In this document: positions 37,892 through 52,100 of the stretch, piece by piece
Layout: each line of letters begins with the position of its first letter
Numbering within the stretch: position 1 is the stretch's first letter
Source: Cenococcum geophilum
Taxonomy: Eukaryota
Assembly (NCBI GenBank): GCA_050273025.1
Contig: CP158635.1
Coordinates: 5,642,001 to 5,706,000, forward strand
DNA: 64,000 nt
Direction of reading: 5' to 3'
The notes under the pieces: model-generated
The model's database searches: none
The model's input: only the letters and a program-made list of their open reading frames with translations
What the model was told of the DNA's origin: nothing
Translations under genes and position numbers: made by a program

Positions 37892-37900
37892 CTATTTATA
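37892..37900 (-). promoter_or_regulatory. Candidate TATA box (TATAAATAG) of the terpene cyclase
   Basis: About 170-195 nt upstream of the candidate ATGs. Motif match only. Confidence 0.35.
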
Positions 37901-38704
37901 GCTGATGCCATAGTCAACCGTGATGAGAGAACCGGTTGAATGTCGTGAAATAGTTACAGTGCTCGACCAAATTATAGGAGAATCTGCTAAATAACCACGA
38001 CTCTACTGCAAAGGATAAACAGGTATCAGGTGGCAAGGGTAGAGGTGATAAATTGCGAATGTAGAACAAAGTGGCTGAGGACACAGACTTCTTTTTACAC
38101 GTACAGGCAAAGAACAAGTTGTCAATCGGGAGTCGATTATAAGAAAAGAATGAAGACTCTGATTTTGAAATAAGGCCTTTTGACAGCGTGGTCGATTAAG
38201 CGGCCAGTCCGTAGACTCACCGCCACCCGATTGATCGCCCAAATTCTAGCTGCCTAATCCAGTCAGTCCATGAGGTTATCCGTCTTAATCCGGACTGGAT
38301 CCAACTGATAGAGCTCTTAGTACCCCTGGATACGCGTAAAAGAGGGGTGGATGGACACGTTCGCTTTGTTTTTGGTCTGTGAATAGTCCATGCATTCACT
38401 GTTTCCCCCTAAATTCCCCTAAACTATGCCTAAAAAGGCTTAAAACTAAGCAATGCGGCCCTGTCCGCCGTCTGTAGATGTTTGCAATCGGGCCTTATTG
38501 ATCAGGCCAATCAAACAGCCCTGATTAAGAGGCCAATCTAGCCGTTTAAACCTTAACGATCCAGACGTCGGGCAACTAACCACGCTGCCCTTTAATCTAT
38601 TATTGATACAAGGGGGTAACCTGAGCGGGCTGCCGCCCTCCCTGCTAGCGCCGGCGTGGGTTTAAGCCAAACAAAGCATAGCTCTTCGTATTATAAATGC
38701 ATAC

Positions 38705-38821
38705 GGAGAAGCTGCACAAGAACATCTAAGACTAGTAGAAAATCTACAAGAATCCCTAGAGTGGGACCTAGTAGATCTATACTATACAGATGGCTCTAAA
38801 GACAATAAATCAAACGCAGCC
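38705..38821 (+). mobile_element. Fragment of LINE-type RNase H domain
   Basis: Translates EAAQEHLRLVENLQESLEWDLVDLYYTDGSKDNKSNAA, containing the YTDGS RNase H motif. Confidence 0.65.
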
Positions 38822-39096
38822 TCCCTTTAGCGATTAAGCTTATTCCTTTACTATTATAGCTCCTATATAGGCTAGGCATTTAGGGCGTCTCTTTTTAGAA
38901 GTATATCTATCTACTCCGCACCCTCTATAGCTATTATTCTCGACTTTACGGCCTTCCTTAGTCTTTTAAATATAAGGGTACTAGGCTCGTCTGCTACGGC
39001 CTCTATCTTTTTTATTACGTGCCTACGATATTTAATAGGGAGTCCTCGCATAAGCTACTACCCCTTTTTTTACTTAGTAAGGTTTCCTACGGCTAC

Positions 39097-39260
39097 TTTT
39101 TTATTTTTTTATTTTTTTATATCCGTTATATTATACTACGTATAATACTACGCATGTAGCCTCTAGGCTATGGCCCTAGATTAATACTATTTACTAGGCT
39201 AATGCTATGTGTAGAGACTAGGCCTTTAAGAAAGATATATAGCTTAATTCGCAACGGATC
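39097..39260 (-). mobile_element. Short non-LTR 3' end sharing its terminal ~75 bp and A-rich tail with the gag-only element
   Basis: 39097-39173 is the reverse complement of ccatagcct(a)gaggctacatgcgtagtatt..ggatataaaaaa seen at ~18684-18748. Sequence further upstream differs. Confidence 0.7.
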
Positions 39261-39834
39261 CGTATACTACGTCGCCCCTAAACTACCTTTATTACGCCAC
39301 CCGCATTAAAGACCTAAGAAGTTAGTAGTAACCTAAAAAAGCCCCCTATAGAGAGCTTAGGCCTTATACAGCCACGAAAAATAGTAAGGGATATTAAATG
39401 TTATACTAAACTAATAGATTAGAGGGATAACCTACGGAAGATAAAATAGGAGCTAAGAAAGATTATAAACCCTAGACTGCAAAATACGGTCCAGAAAACG
39501 GCTATAAAGAAACCAGCGGACCTCCTACTAGTTAATATCTACTATATTAGTGCCGTACAATTTTACTAAAACTTAGTTTAGCCTAATACCGTCACCTTTA
39601 TAACAAGCTTATACGAAATTAATTAAATAATTAAGGAAAAGGGAAGCGAGCTTAGTGGATAAAAAAGCGAGCTTATAGATAAGGAACTAGTAGAATAAAA
39701 GCTGCCCTATTAATACCAGAAATTTAAGAATATATTCTCTAAAGTAGCGTCTAATATACTTCTACCTTACTAACTGTATAACTATAAGATCGAGATAGAG
39801 TAGGGTAAGGAAAGCACCCTTAGCTTTAGCCCCC

Positions 39835-42800
39835 TGTCACGGCACTGACCTAACGCATACTGTTTCATACTGTCTCGTACTGTTCCCTACTGTTGGCTAG
39901 CCTACTACTAGCGACTTGGCGGCCGGCCCTACTATTTATATACAATACCCCCTTTCCACCTTCTTCCCCTCTTTATACTACAACGTAGTTATTTAGTCTA
40001 CTTTATTACAGCACTATAACAGTTTATAGTATCTTTAATTTGCGCCCTATTGCGATTACTGATTCCCTATACCCTAGCTAATTAACCTTTGCCCTAGAGC
40101 AATCGCGACCTATACGCGCCTCTGCTAAAACCGATACGTCCCTAGTACAGTCCTAGAATAATCCTTAGTTTTTACCTAGTGCCTAAATAGGTAATACCAA
40201 CGACGCTAAAATGGCCGAAACCTAAAACCCCCGCGACGTTTTCGCAGACCTATTTATAGAGATATACCCTAATATCGCATAGATAATCCGCCGCTCCCTA
40301 CTATACCCTAAGACCTTTAAGCCTAGCAAAGCTTACCTTACCCTTATTAACTATACCAATGAGTTCCTTAATAATATTAAAGTAGGACTATAGTATATAT
40401 ATAATATAAATACCGCTAATAAGAAAGCTAACGAAAACCTTAGTGCCCTTATTACTTCCTAGATAGGAACTATTAACTCCTAAATAAAGACTATTACCGT
40501 TCTAAAATAATTAACCCCTATAATAATAATAGTAACCTAGCAGAAAAAACGGAGATCTAAAGACCCGCTAATATTTAGCAAAAAAGGTACCCCGCTAGAA
40601 TAATAAGCTAATTTTAAGACCTAGCATATTAAGATTAAGGAAGTCTTTAACTGGGACTAGGACTACTTTAATATAGTTTAGTCCTAGATCCTTTACATCT
40701 TAAACATACTAGAGGATAAGGCCTATAAGTTTATTAAGTAGGGCCTAAAGCTTATACATAAGAACCTAAATAATATATTTACGTAGAAATGGCCTACTAA
40801 GGAAGATATACTTAAAGACCTTACTGCCTACTATAAGGTCCTTAATATAACCTAGGTTATAAAGAATAAGCTTAACCATTTCCCCTAAGGCGAGCGTAAT
40901 TACTAGTCTTAGAAGGGAGAGCTTAATAAGCTAATAGTTTGCGCTAAAAAGACAGATAAATAGAAGGTAAACCTACTCTAAAAGTTTATCTCTCTAAAGA
41001 TGGAAGAGCTAGTACTTAAACTAGCCTATAAAATTAATAACAGCGACTATATAGGTTAGAGCAAGCAGATAAATATATTTGCTAAAAACCTTACGAACTA
41101 TACACACTAAGCCAACCTTAAGAAAAACGCTAACTACTGCCTACCTACCTAAGCCCCTGCCCCTATATTAACCCCAACCCTAGTAATAACTAGAGAATCT
41201 ATAGACCTTAATAGAATCTTAGACACGGAGCGTAAGCGCCGCGTTAATAATAGACTGTGCCTTACCTATGGCCTGCCCGGCTACTAAAAGGATACCTATA
41301 ACCTCGCTAAAATAGCAAACCTAGTCCTAATACTACCCCGTTAAATAATGTAAACAAATAACCGCGGACGCGGCGACCGTAAAGTTTATTATAGACGCGG
41401 TAACCGCGGAGCCTATTATAGCCGCGGCGGACAACCTCCCCCCTTTAACCCTATAGCTTAGTTACTCTAAACTATACCTTATATAGGAGCCTAACCCGTT
41501 AACAATACCTAGTATTAGCGACTTCGCGCTAGCGAATATAAATACGGCCATGTCGTCGGCAAGGTATTATCTTCCTATACCCTAACTGAAATAGAGATAA
41601 ACACCGCCAGCTAGACGGATACTAGACCGCCCCGCTAAGATAGCCTTATACCCTAGTCGTTAAAAGGCAAACCCTTAGACTAAGTCGCGCCTAAGGGTCT
41701 AAACTATATAAGGAGGAAGACGAGAAGATTAGGTCCCTATTACTAGATTAATTAGTCCTTTCTATTAGTAAACTGCTACTTAATCTTAGATTAGCAAATA
41801 ATAATAAGAAATTAATCCTTATTTAAACCCAACTCTCCTTATTATATAACTTATACCCCTAAATTTATATTAATACAGTAAGCCTAGTGGACTCTGGTAG
41901 TACTATAATAGCATTTACCGACGCAGAGTCTATTATAAGAAAGTATAACGTTATAATTAAGAAGCTGCTGGCACCTAGGCCACTACGCCTCGCAGATAGC
42001 ATTCTAACTTTGCTTATTATAGACTACTTTACCGCCTAAATATTAATTGGCCTCTATACTAAAGCTATGCTCTTTTTTATTACTAAACTCTTGCCCGCTA
42101 CCCTAATTATCCTAGGTATACCCTAGCTTTAAAAGCACGAGCCTTATCCTAGCTTTAGGAAACTTAAGATCCGCTTTAACTTAGACTACTACTTTAGGTA
42201 CTACCTCCTATAGGGGATAGCCGACGTTAGCAGGGACGCCCTATATAGATACTTAGCACTACTAAGCCTAGTGCCTAAGACTATATATAAAGCCCTAACA
42301 GTAGAAGATATTCCTAATAAAGGGGAGCCTATATAGCTGTAAAGAAACAAAATAGTGGAAGACTGGACTAACCTAGCACTTAAGACTAAAATAACGGGCT
42401 AGCCAGCCCTACTAAGACTAAGGAAGAAGGTCTACTTTATGCCGCTACTACTAAGAAACTAACCCTAACCTAGGCACTATTTAAACCCTAGCCGCCTAGC
42501 CTAATACCTAAAACTAAGCCATATACTATATACGTATACTATAGCTCGCGTTATAGTAAGGACTAGCTATGGAACTACTAAGACCTAAATAATAGAAACC
42601 GCGCTACTGTAACGCCTAACCTCATACCTATCTCCCGCGCGTACCGTATAGGGCTACCGCCTTATTTCCGCCCCCCTAGGCTGACTAAGCTATACTAGCC
42701 TAGCCGTAGCACCGGAGAGCTAGATATGCCCTAACCTAGACGATATTAAATGCACCCGTGCTATTAATTTTACCTAGTTCTATAAATAAAAAGATGTAAA

Positions 42801-45800
42801 GGTAATAAGGATTTATATAGCGGAGCTAATAGAACTAGTTAAATAAGATAAGCACCGACAGCTACTTAAAGAGCTGCCTATAGGCCTAATAGAAGTACTA
42901 AACCTATTAAAAAGGTCTTTCTGCTGGCTAGTAGAAGGCAACTATATAATAAAGGAAGCCTATAAAGCGCTCCCCCCCTATTTCTATAACTTCCTTAAGA
43001 CAAATCTAAAAACTAAACCCGAGCTTTTACGTTGGAAGATAGTTAACACTAATATTAAAAAATTCCTAAAAGGCAAACCAGGATTAACCCGTAAAGACAT
43101 TCTATAACGTCTACTAAAGGAGTTTAGTAAATATATTAAGCACTTCCTCCCTAAAAACGTAGATAAGCTGCCCCCTTACTAACTATAGGACTATAAAATT
43201 AAGATCACCCCTAGAAACTAGGCCCCGTACTATAAAAATAGACCACTCTTACCTGCTAAACTTAGGTGTATAAAGAAGTGGATTAATAAGATGCTAAATA
43301 AGGGTTTTATCCGTAAATCGACCTTACTAGCTGCTGTACCACTCCTCCTCGTTACTAAGCCTGGTGGCGGTATATAAATCTACTATAACTACTAAGGCCT
43401 AAACATAGTTACTATTAAGAATTAATACCCACTACCACTAATCCGCGAGACACTTGACGTACTTTATAGCGCTAAATACTTTACTAAACTTAATATAATT
43501 ACTGCGTTTAACCGGATCTGGATTATAGAGGGCTATAAGTAGCTTATAGCATTTATTACCTGGTTTGGACTCTATAAAATACTAGTTATACCATTCGGCC
43601 TCTATAACGCACCCGTTATATTCTAAAACTATATTAACTATATTCTACACAACGCCCTTAATGACTACTGCACTGCCTACCTTAATAATGTCCTTATCTT
43701 TTCTAAAACATATACTAAGCATACTAAGTATATAAATAAAGTCATCTAAAGACTCGGTAATGCTAGACTTTAAATTAATATTAATAAGTTTAAGTTCTAC
43801 TCTACTAAAACAAAATACCTTAGCTTAATTATCTCGACTAATAATATAACTATGGACCCTAAGAAGATATAGGCCTTATAGGAATAGAAGGACCCGACAT
43901 TAATTAAAGAACTATAATAATTTCTTGGCTTCGCGAACTTCTACTAATAATTTATCTAAGGCTACTCTATTATTACTACACCTATAATAAAACTTCTAAA
44001 GAAGGATATCGGATAGCTATAGGGACTAAAACAAGCCAAATCGTTTAAGGCCCTTAAGGGAGCCTTTACTTTAGCACTAGTACTAGTATACTATAACTAT
44101 ATAAAGAAAATAGTAGTAGAGATAGACGTATTAAATTAGGCTTCCAGCAGAGTCCTTTCCCAGTATAACGATAATAGAAAATTAAAACTGGTTGCATTCT
44201 TCTTTATAAAGCACTCCGCGCTAGAATATAACTATAAGATCTATAATAAAGAACTCCTAGCTATTATTAAGGCTTTAAAGAAATAGCGTCCTAAGCTATA
44301 AGGGACTAAGGAGCCGTTTAAAATTATTACTGACTATAAAAACCTATAGACGTTTATAACTACTAAGTAGCTAAACTAGCGCTAAGTCTAGTGGGCAGAG
44401 TTCCTTTTATAGTTTAACTTTATAATTATATATAGACCCAGTAGTAAAGCCACGCTCCCTAATACCTTAAGCCGGCTACTAGGAATAAGGCCTAAGGACA
44501 CTAATAATAAACGCCTCCGCCACTAAGCCTAAGTCGTTATACCGCCCTAGAAAGTTAACCCTATAATCTTAGAAGAATTACTATATAAGTCCCGTAACTC
44601 TAACGACGCGGAGTTTATAGCCGCTCTAGACCCTAAAATAGCCGAAAAGTTACTAGACGAGTTAATCTAACTAAAATACTAGGAGAATAAACTCGCAAGA
44701 GATATAGTAGCAGCCCTACGTAATTGGAAAGCTCGCCGTTAGCCAAAGAAAATTAGGAAATTACTCCGTTATAATAAGTTAGAATGTAGTATCGTTAACA
44801 AACAGATCTACTTCCGCCAACGTCTCTTCGTCCCTAACGCCCTAGACCTCTACCTAGAAGTTACCTATCGCTCTTATAGTAGCGGCTCTGCTAATTACCT
44901 TAGCTAGGTTAAGACTTTTAACCTCTTAAACCGAATATACTAGTAGCTAGGAATCTCCTAGTTCACGGCTACCTTTATTAAAGACTATACCCTATACTTT
45001 CGCATTAAGACCCCCTATTCTACCCCGCCCGGTTTCCTAAAGTTACTAAAATTACCTACCCGCCCGTAAACCAATATCTTAATTAACTATATCATAACAC
45101 TACTAGTATGCTAACGCCACGGCAAGGTATATAAACATATCCTTATTATTATAGACCGCCTAACTAAAATATAATACCTCGTTTTAGTAATAGGACTCTT
45201 AATAGAGGAGTTAGTTAATAGCTTTATTAATAACGTATATAAGCTCTATAGTGCACTAAGTATAATTATCTCTAATTATAGCACACAATTTGTTAGCGAC
45301 TTCTAGTGATAACTAAGTAAACGCCTTAAGACAACCTTGCGACTAAGCTTAGCCTAACACCTAAAAACAGACGGCTAAACTAAAATTATTAACGCCACCG
45401 TAAATAAATACCTTTATGCTTTTATTAGCTTTATATAGGATAACTAAGTTAACTACCTACCGCTCGCCGAGTTTACTATAAATAACTAAGTCAATAAGAG
45501 TATAGGCATCTCCCCGTTTTTTATAAACTATAGCTTTAACCCTTACCTTAGAATTAAGCCTGCTGGCCCCTACCTACTAACACTATTAGCACAAGCAAAG
45601 AAGGAGTTCTTCTATGCAGACTTTATAGCCAACCACTTTAAGCGGATATTAATATAGCTTAAGGCCCTAGCCTAGATTTTATAGCAACGCTATAAAGATA
45701 ATACTAATACCTATAGGGATGAGAGCGCGTTATTCTATAAAGGTGATATAGTTATAGTTAGCTTAGAAAATATAAAGATAAATAGACCTAAGAAGAAATA

Positions 45801-46749
45801 GGACGACAAATAGGACGGCCTGTACCCCGTACTCGTAGTATACTAAGGGGTAGTTATAGTAGACCTCCCGGACTATATCTAAGTAAATAAATCCTTTTAT
45901 ATATCTAAGGTCCGCCTCTAGGCTGCTAAAGAGATCCCTAGCTAAGCAAATATTAATACTATAAAGCGCCGTAATATATAAGGACGAGTAGTAAAGAGAG
46001 ATAATAATGGTAACATAGAAGACAAATGGGAGTTTAAGAAAATCCTTAATATATATAACAAAGACCCCTAGGGCCTAACTTATAAGATTAAATGGAAATA
46101 TTATAAGGATATAACCTAGTAGCTAGAGGAAGACCTAAAGGGTTGCGAATAAGCTGTATAGCGCTTCTATAAGTAATACCCTAAGAAGCTAAGACCCCTA
46201 GACTAGGCACGAGATAAGGAAAAGTTACGCTAAGGTTGCGGCCGACCACCGCATTAAAATTTGTGGTGGTTAAGATGTTATAGAACTTTAACCGGCGGTT
46301 AAAGTTATCTAATTAGCTAAATTCTCGCTAAGAAACGCCACACGGACTAATTTAGGTAGCGGTGTGGAGTTCTACTAACCTTACTCACTAAACTTACTAA
46401 TTAGGATTTTCTATGCCCAGTATAGAAAATCGCTATTAGCTTAGTTAAGGGCGGTGAGCGGAACTAATATCTTTGCGGTAGAAAATAGGTAACCCCGTAC
46501 ACTGCCTATTTTTAAGTTATCTATTTGGTTTAGGGACTAAACCGTCTAGGGGAGAGGAGTACTGTTATGGCACTGACCTAACGCATACTGTTTCATACTA
46601 TCTCGTACTATTCCCTACTGTTAGCTAGCCTACTACTAGCGACTTGGCGGCCGGCCCTACTATTTATATATAATACTCCCTTTCTACCTTCTTCCCCTCT
46701 TTATACCACAACGTAGTTATTTAGTCTACTTTATTACAGCACTGTGACA
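39835..46749 (+). mobile_element. Ty3/Gypsy family A, second full-length copy (6915 bp)
   Basis: 187-bp LTRs 39835-40021 and 46563-46749. TSD ccccc. Colinear with 22272-29185, differing mainly by transitions. Confidence 0.96.
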
Positions 46750-49165
46750 CCCCCTTTATAAATAGTCTATTACTAAATTATAGGCTATAAAGTAGTATTT
46801 TATTAACAACCTAAATAAGGGCTTTATTAAGCTTAGCTAAGCCCCTTTTACCTTACCTATTCTCTTTATTAAAAACCTAAATAGAAGACTCCGCTTCTGT
46901 ATTAACTATTATAAGCTAAATAATATAACCTATAAAGACTACTATCCGCTTCCCCTTTTTAATAAGACTTTAGCCTAAATAAGTAAAGCTAAGGTCTTTA
47001 TAAAGCTTAATATCCGCTAGGCCTTCTACCAAATTAGGATAGACCCTAGGTCTAAGAATTTTATTATATTTTAGACCCGTTACGGAACGTATAAATATAA
47101 AGTACTTTCTTTTAGACTAACTAACGGACTAGCTATATACTAGCGGTATATAAACAATATACTCTTTAACTACCTTAACAACTTCTATACGGCCTATTTA
47201 GATAATATTATAATCTACTTTAAGAATAAACTAGAATATAAGGAGCACGTCTATAAAGTCCTATAATAGCTCCGCGAGGCTAGCCTCTAGGTTAATACTA
47301 AGAAGTTGGTGTTTAGTGTTAAGCGTATAAAGTACCTAGGTTTTGTTATTAGTACGGATAGAATTAAAGCCACCCTAAAGAAAATGGCTATAATTAACTA
47401 GTGGGCACCCCTATAGACTATAAAGGGGGTATAATTATTTTTAGGGTTTTATAACTTCTACTAATACTTTATTAAGAACTATAGTAGGATTACCCAGCCT
47501 CTTAACCATCTTACTAGAAAAAACTAGCCCTTTTACTTTAACGCTATATATAGGCAGGCCTTTAATAAGCTTAAAAACGGCTAGTATTGGCTTCCCTACT
47601 TGCCTATTTTGACCTAAAATGGCCCTTAATGCTAGAAACTGATGCCTTAGATAGCGCGATAGCTAGTATTTCCCCCCAGAAGTAACCAGATAGAGAATAG
47701 CACCCTATTATATACTATTTAAAGACTATAATAGATGCTAAGCTAAACTACCACATCCATAACAAAGAAATGCTGGCTATTATCTTTAGCTTTTAGTATT
47801 AGCGTATATAGCTAGAGGGGACCCCTAAGCCGATTAAGGTAGTTTTAGATTATAAGGCCTTAGAATACTTTATAATAACTAAGGCCCTTATAGCCTAGTA
47901 GGTATACTAGGCAGACACCCTATCTTGGTTTAACTTCTTAATTATATATAGACCAGGCGCTATAAACCGTGCAGATACTTTTATAAGGCGTAAATAAGAC
48001 CTAAATAACCAGACGGCTGTGAAGATCTTATTACAGACCTAGACGCTACTATAACTAGAATACCTTAACCCCCAGATATAGGCAGAACTAAGTATAGACT
48101 CCTTAAGCGCCAAAATATATCCTATTAACTCCTCTAAACTTAACCTTATTAATAAACTACTATAGGCTAACCAAACAACCCCCTCTCTATAGGAGTACTA
48201 TAAAAAGGCAAAGAACATTACTAGCCCTTAGTCCCTTAAAAATGGACTACTTAAGCACTAGGAACGGCTAGTAGTAGTTAAGGAATAGAACTTACGAACC
48301 TGGCTTATTACTAAAGCTTATACCTAGGTCTTTACGGACTACCCTAGAAAAACTAAGACCTGTAAGATTATTAGTAACCGCTACTACTAGCCCGGAATAG
48401 TTATAGATATTAACCGCTATATATAAAACTGTAACGACTGCCGCAGATCTATAATTCTATAAGATAAGACCCTAGGACTATTAAAGCCACTTTTAATACT
48501 AGAACGCCCCTAGCAGTATATCTCTATAGACCGTAACGGATACGATATGGTTATAATCCTAGTTAACCGCTATAGTAAGCGCCTGGTCTTAATCCCCTAT
48601 TATAAGAATATTAATACTAAAGAGGCGGCCTAACTATATATCCATTACATCTACCAAATTTACAAACTACTAGATACTATTATATCCGATTACGGGCCGC
48701 AATTTATATTAGCTTTCTAGAATAAGTTTACCTAGATCTTAGGCATTAAGCTAAAGCTTTCTATAGTATACCACCCCTAGATAAATAGTTAGATGGAAAT
48801 TATAAATTAATACTTAGACTAGGGACTTCGGCCCTTTATTAACTACTTCTAAGATAACTAGGGTAAACTACTACCCCTAATAAACTACGCCTAAGTAACC
48901 CTACCTTACGACTCTACAGGATTTGCCCCTATTTAACTAGAAATAGGTTACTTACCCTATATAAGCTTTAACTAGGAAAGACTAGAAGGACCCCAGACTA
49001 TACGCGAAAAATTATCCTATAAGGAAGCACGGCAGTACGCTAAGCGCTTAGAAAAAGCCTAGACGGTAGCCTGTATAAATCTAGAAAGGGCCTAGAAATT
49101 AATATAATAGTAGGCGAGTAAGTATAGGCGAGAGCCTAACTTTACTATAGGAGATATAGTTTAGG

Positions 49166-52100
49166 TGTAAGGTGAGGATATAAATAGGGAGTCCAATAAT
49201 AAAATAATAGGTGTATTATATAGACAGAGACAAATCCTTAAGGGAAAAAGGAGGAGTCTGTGTGCGAGGTAGGAAGGGTTTTCCTTAGGTATATATAGAG
49301 CACGTGCCTTACGGGCGAGTCATCCCTAAGTTGACCTAGGGTCGCCCATACCTTGCAGCTATATAGCTATCTACTTAGGTTTCACCTAACAATGCCCCCC
49401 CCTTTAAAAAGGGTTGTCCCCAATCCTTTATATACTTAAGCCTTAATAAAACCCTATAAAAAACCTTAGTAAGGAAAAAAAAAATTAGAGGGGAAAGAGT
49501 GTCTTAATTTTGCGTATAGAGAGACGGGTAGTATATATGCGCGGCGCGAAGATGTTAAGGAACTTCGACCGGCGGTCGAAGTTGTCTAATTAGTCAGATT
49601 TGCCTTGCTAAGACTCCCCCGTATTTAACCGAGCTAGTAGCAATTTTATATACCCGGTATAGAAAATCCTAATTAGTCTATTTAATAGGTAGAGCTAGTG
49701 AAGTTTAATACCGTCGCCTAAATTCGGTAGACCAGAAATATTCTAAAGCTCGCTTATATAAGTAGGTCGCTAGTACCTTGCGGATAAGTTATAGGTTATT
49801 TATATATAGCCAGATTTATAGACGGTAAGGCTATATACCTATTAAATCCGCCACTAACCCTACTTTGGCCTTACGCTATACCGGCGTAGCGCCGTGTATA
49901 CTTTATGGGTAGGTTATAGGTTATTTATATATAGCCAGATTAGGACGGTAGGGCTATATACCTATTAGACTCGCCACTAACCTATACTTTAGCCTTATGC
50001 GTTATCTGCGTAGCATATACGTGGAATAGTATATAAGTTATTGGTATAGGTTACCACTAGCGGGTTACTAGTAGGTTATAGACCCCGGTTAAATAGACCC
50101 CAGTTATAAACGGGCCTATTCTTTAATATATAAATAATCTGCTTAGCTAGTATAGAGTAACGGACTAGGTCTAGGAAGGGTGCTTTCTAAATTAAGGCTG
50201 TAGTTCTTATAGTAATTATTACTTATTCTTTAATCCCTTGGGATATCCTCTACTCCGCTTTAATACAGGTTATATTTTAACAGCAGTGCTTACTTTTTGC
50301 CTACGCTTTAGCTATAAGGCTAGGGTGTCCCGCTTGCGGTACTTATCTAATAGTTATTAATAATTTTTAAGTTCTATCTCGTATTTTTATTTATTATACT
50401 TATTTAGCCATCCTAGCCATTTAATAAGGTACTATAGTTATCTAGCATAATCCTAGTAGGCGATAATTACTTCTACTTCCTAGCTGCCTTCCTTAAGCTC
50501 TTTTACTGCTAGGGGTTAAAACCTAGGGCGCGACCTGTAAGGCTCTAGTAGGGAGATATAGAAAACTAGGTGGAGCTATGCTATAGTAGGTAGGAGCTCT
50601 AGCTTATATGCTTACTACCCTACGCGCTCTAGGATCTAAAACGGTTCTATAAACTTGTAGTTAAGCTTTTTGTAGGGACGTTTTATGCGGATATTCTTAG
50701 AGGAAAGTAGGACTTATTTACTAACAGCGAAGTGCTTAGCTAGGTGGTGATAATTATAGTATTTTACCTAAAGCTTTTAGGCGTATATTATTAACGCCGC
50801 CGCTACCTTATATATAAGGCGCAGGCGTTATAGGTGCGTCTCTGCGAGTTAGTTATTCGTTAACTTAGACCCCTCCCCACCTTACTAGGCGTCTTAGACG
50901 CTATCTAAGACTCTATCTAGAACGTTTAGTAGCTAGCTATAGGCGAGCTTAATAGGGGAACGCTTTATTATAGTATAGACTTTAGAGTTATAGGTAAAGG
51001 CTACTTCTTTAAGTAGGGAGGCCCAATTAGACTATTCCTAGTTTGTAAATATACGTAGGTATATCTTAAGCTCCTAGTTCTAATACTCTGTCTAACTATC
51101 TATCTACAGGTAAAATATAGTACTAAGTTTATATTAAACGCGGAGATGGTAGTATATAGTACTCTAGTACTTGCTTATAAATATACTACCCCTATTAGAG
51201 ACAATATTATTTAGAGGCCCTATTTACGTAGAGACTCTAAATAAGAGTTCTGTAAGTTGCGTAGCATTAATTATCTTACGTACTAGATAGTAGCGCACTA
51301 GCTTTATAAAACGGTTTATAAGGACAAGGATAGAGTTACACTCTGCGCTATTAGAAGTCTTAGACTCTAGGAAATCTGTAATAAAGTTAAGTAAATAATA
51401 CTGCTAGGCTTGGGTGGGGACCTAGAGAGGCTATAGCTTACTATAGGGTTTATAGCGACGCGATTTAAAGCGTTAGTAGGTATTATAATTATCTAGGTAT
51501 TTATAGAGGCCCTAGGTAAGGCCGTTCCAAGCGTACTTTTACGCGATTACCTTAAAAGTATAATTAAAACTATAGTGGCCGCCTATAGGATTATTATAAT
51601 TCCGCTTAAGGATCTCCTGCTATAGTAGTATATAATTTGGTACCTAGACTTTATTATTTTACCTTAAGAGTCCTTAATTATTAAGGGTATAGTCCTTATT
51701 ACTAGTAGGAACTCGTTTTTAAGTTAACTGATTATATATAGAGCGTATAAAGGCGTCCCTTTTTTATACTCTATAAATAAAATTAACTAGTAACTTAGGG
51801 GGTTATTCCGTAAACGCCGTTTTAGCTAAAGTAGCTATTACTACCTCTTGCCGTGGCACGAGACTCTACGTAAAGTTAGTGCTAGCGAAGTAACGTGCGA
51901 TATATAGGTAACTCACTAGGTTATTGCGGGGAACTATAGCCTAGGCTAAGGGGTCTTCCCTAGGGTTAAGCGCTATTAGGTTAGTTAGAGTGGTCTTAAA
52001 GAGAATAGTAGGACGCTCTTATCCGCCGGCGCTAAGTTCACAAGGGTTACTTATATACTGCACGCATATTACTTACTAGTTTAGTATAGTAGCACTAAGG

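Noticed and set aside
37914..38399. Three small minus-strand ORFs as a secreted effector or extra cyclase exons
   Set aside because: No clear signal peptide or splice path. The cyclase model is complete without them. Cannot be fully excluded without RNA-seq.
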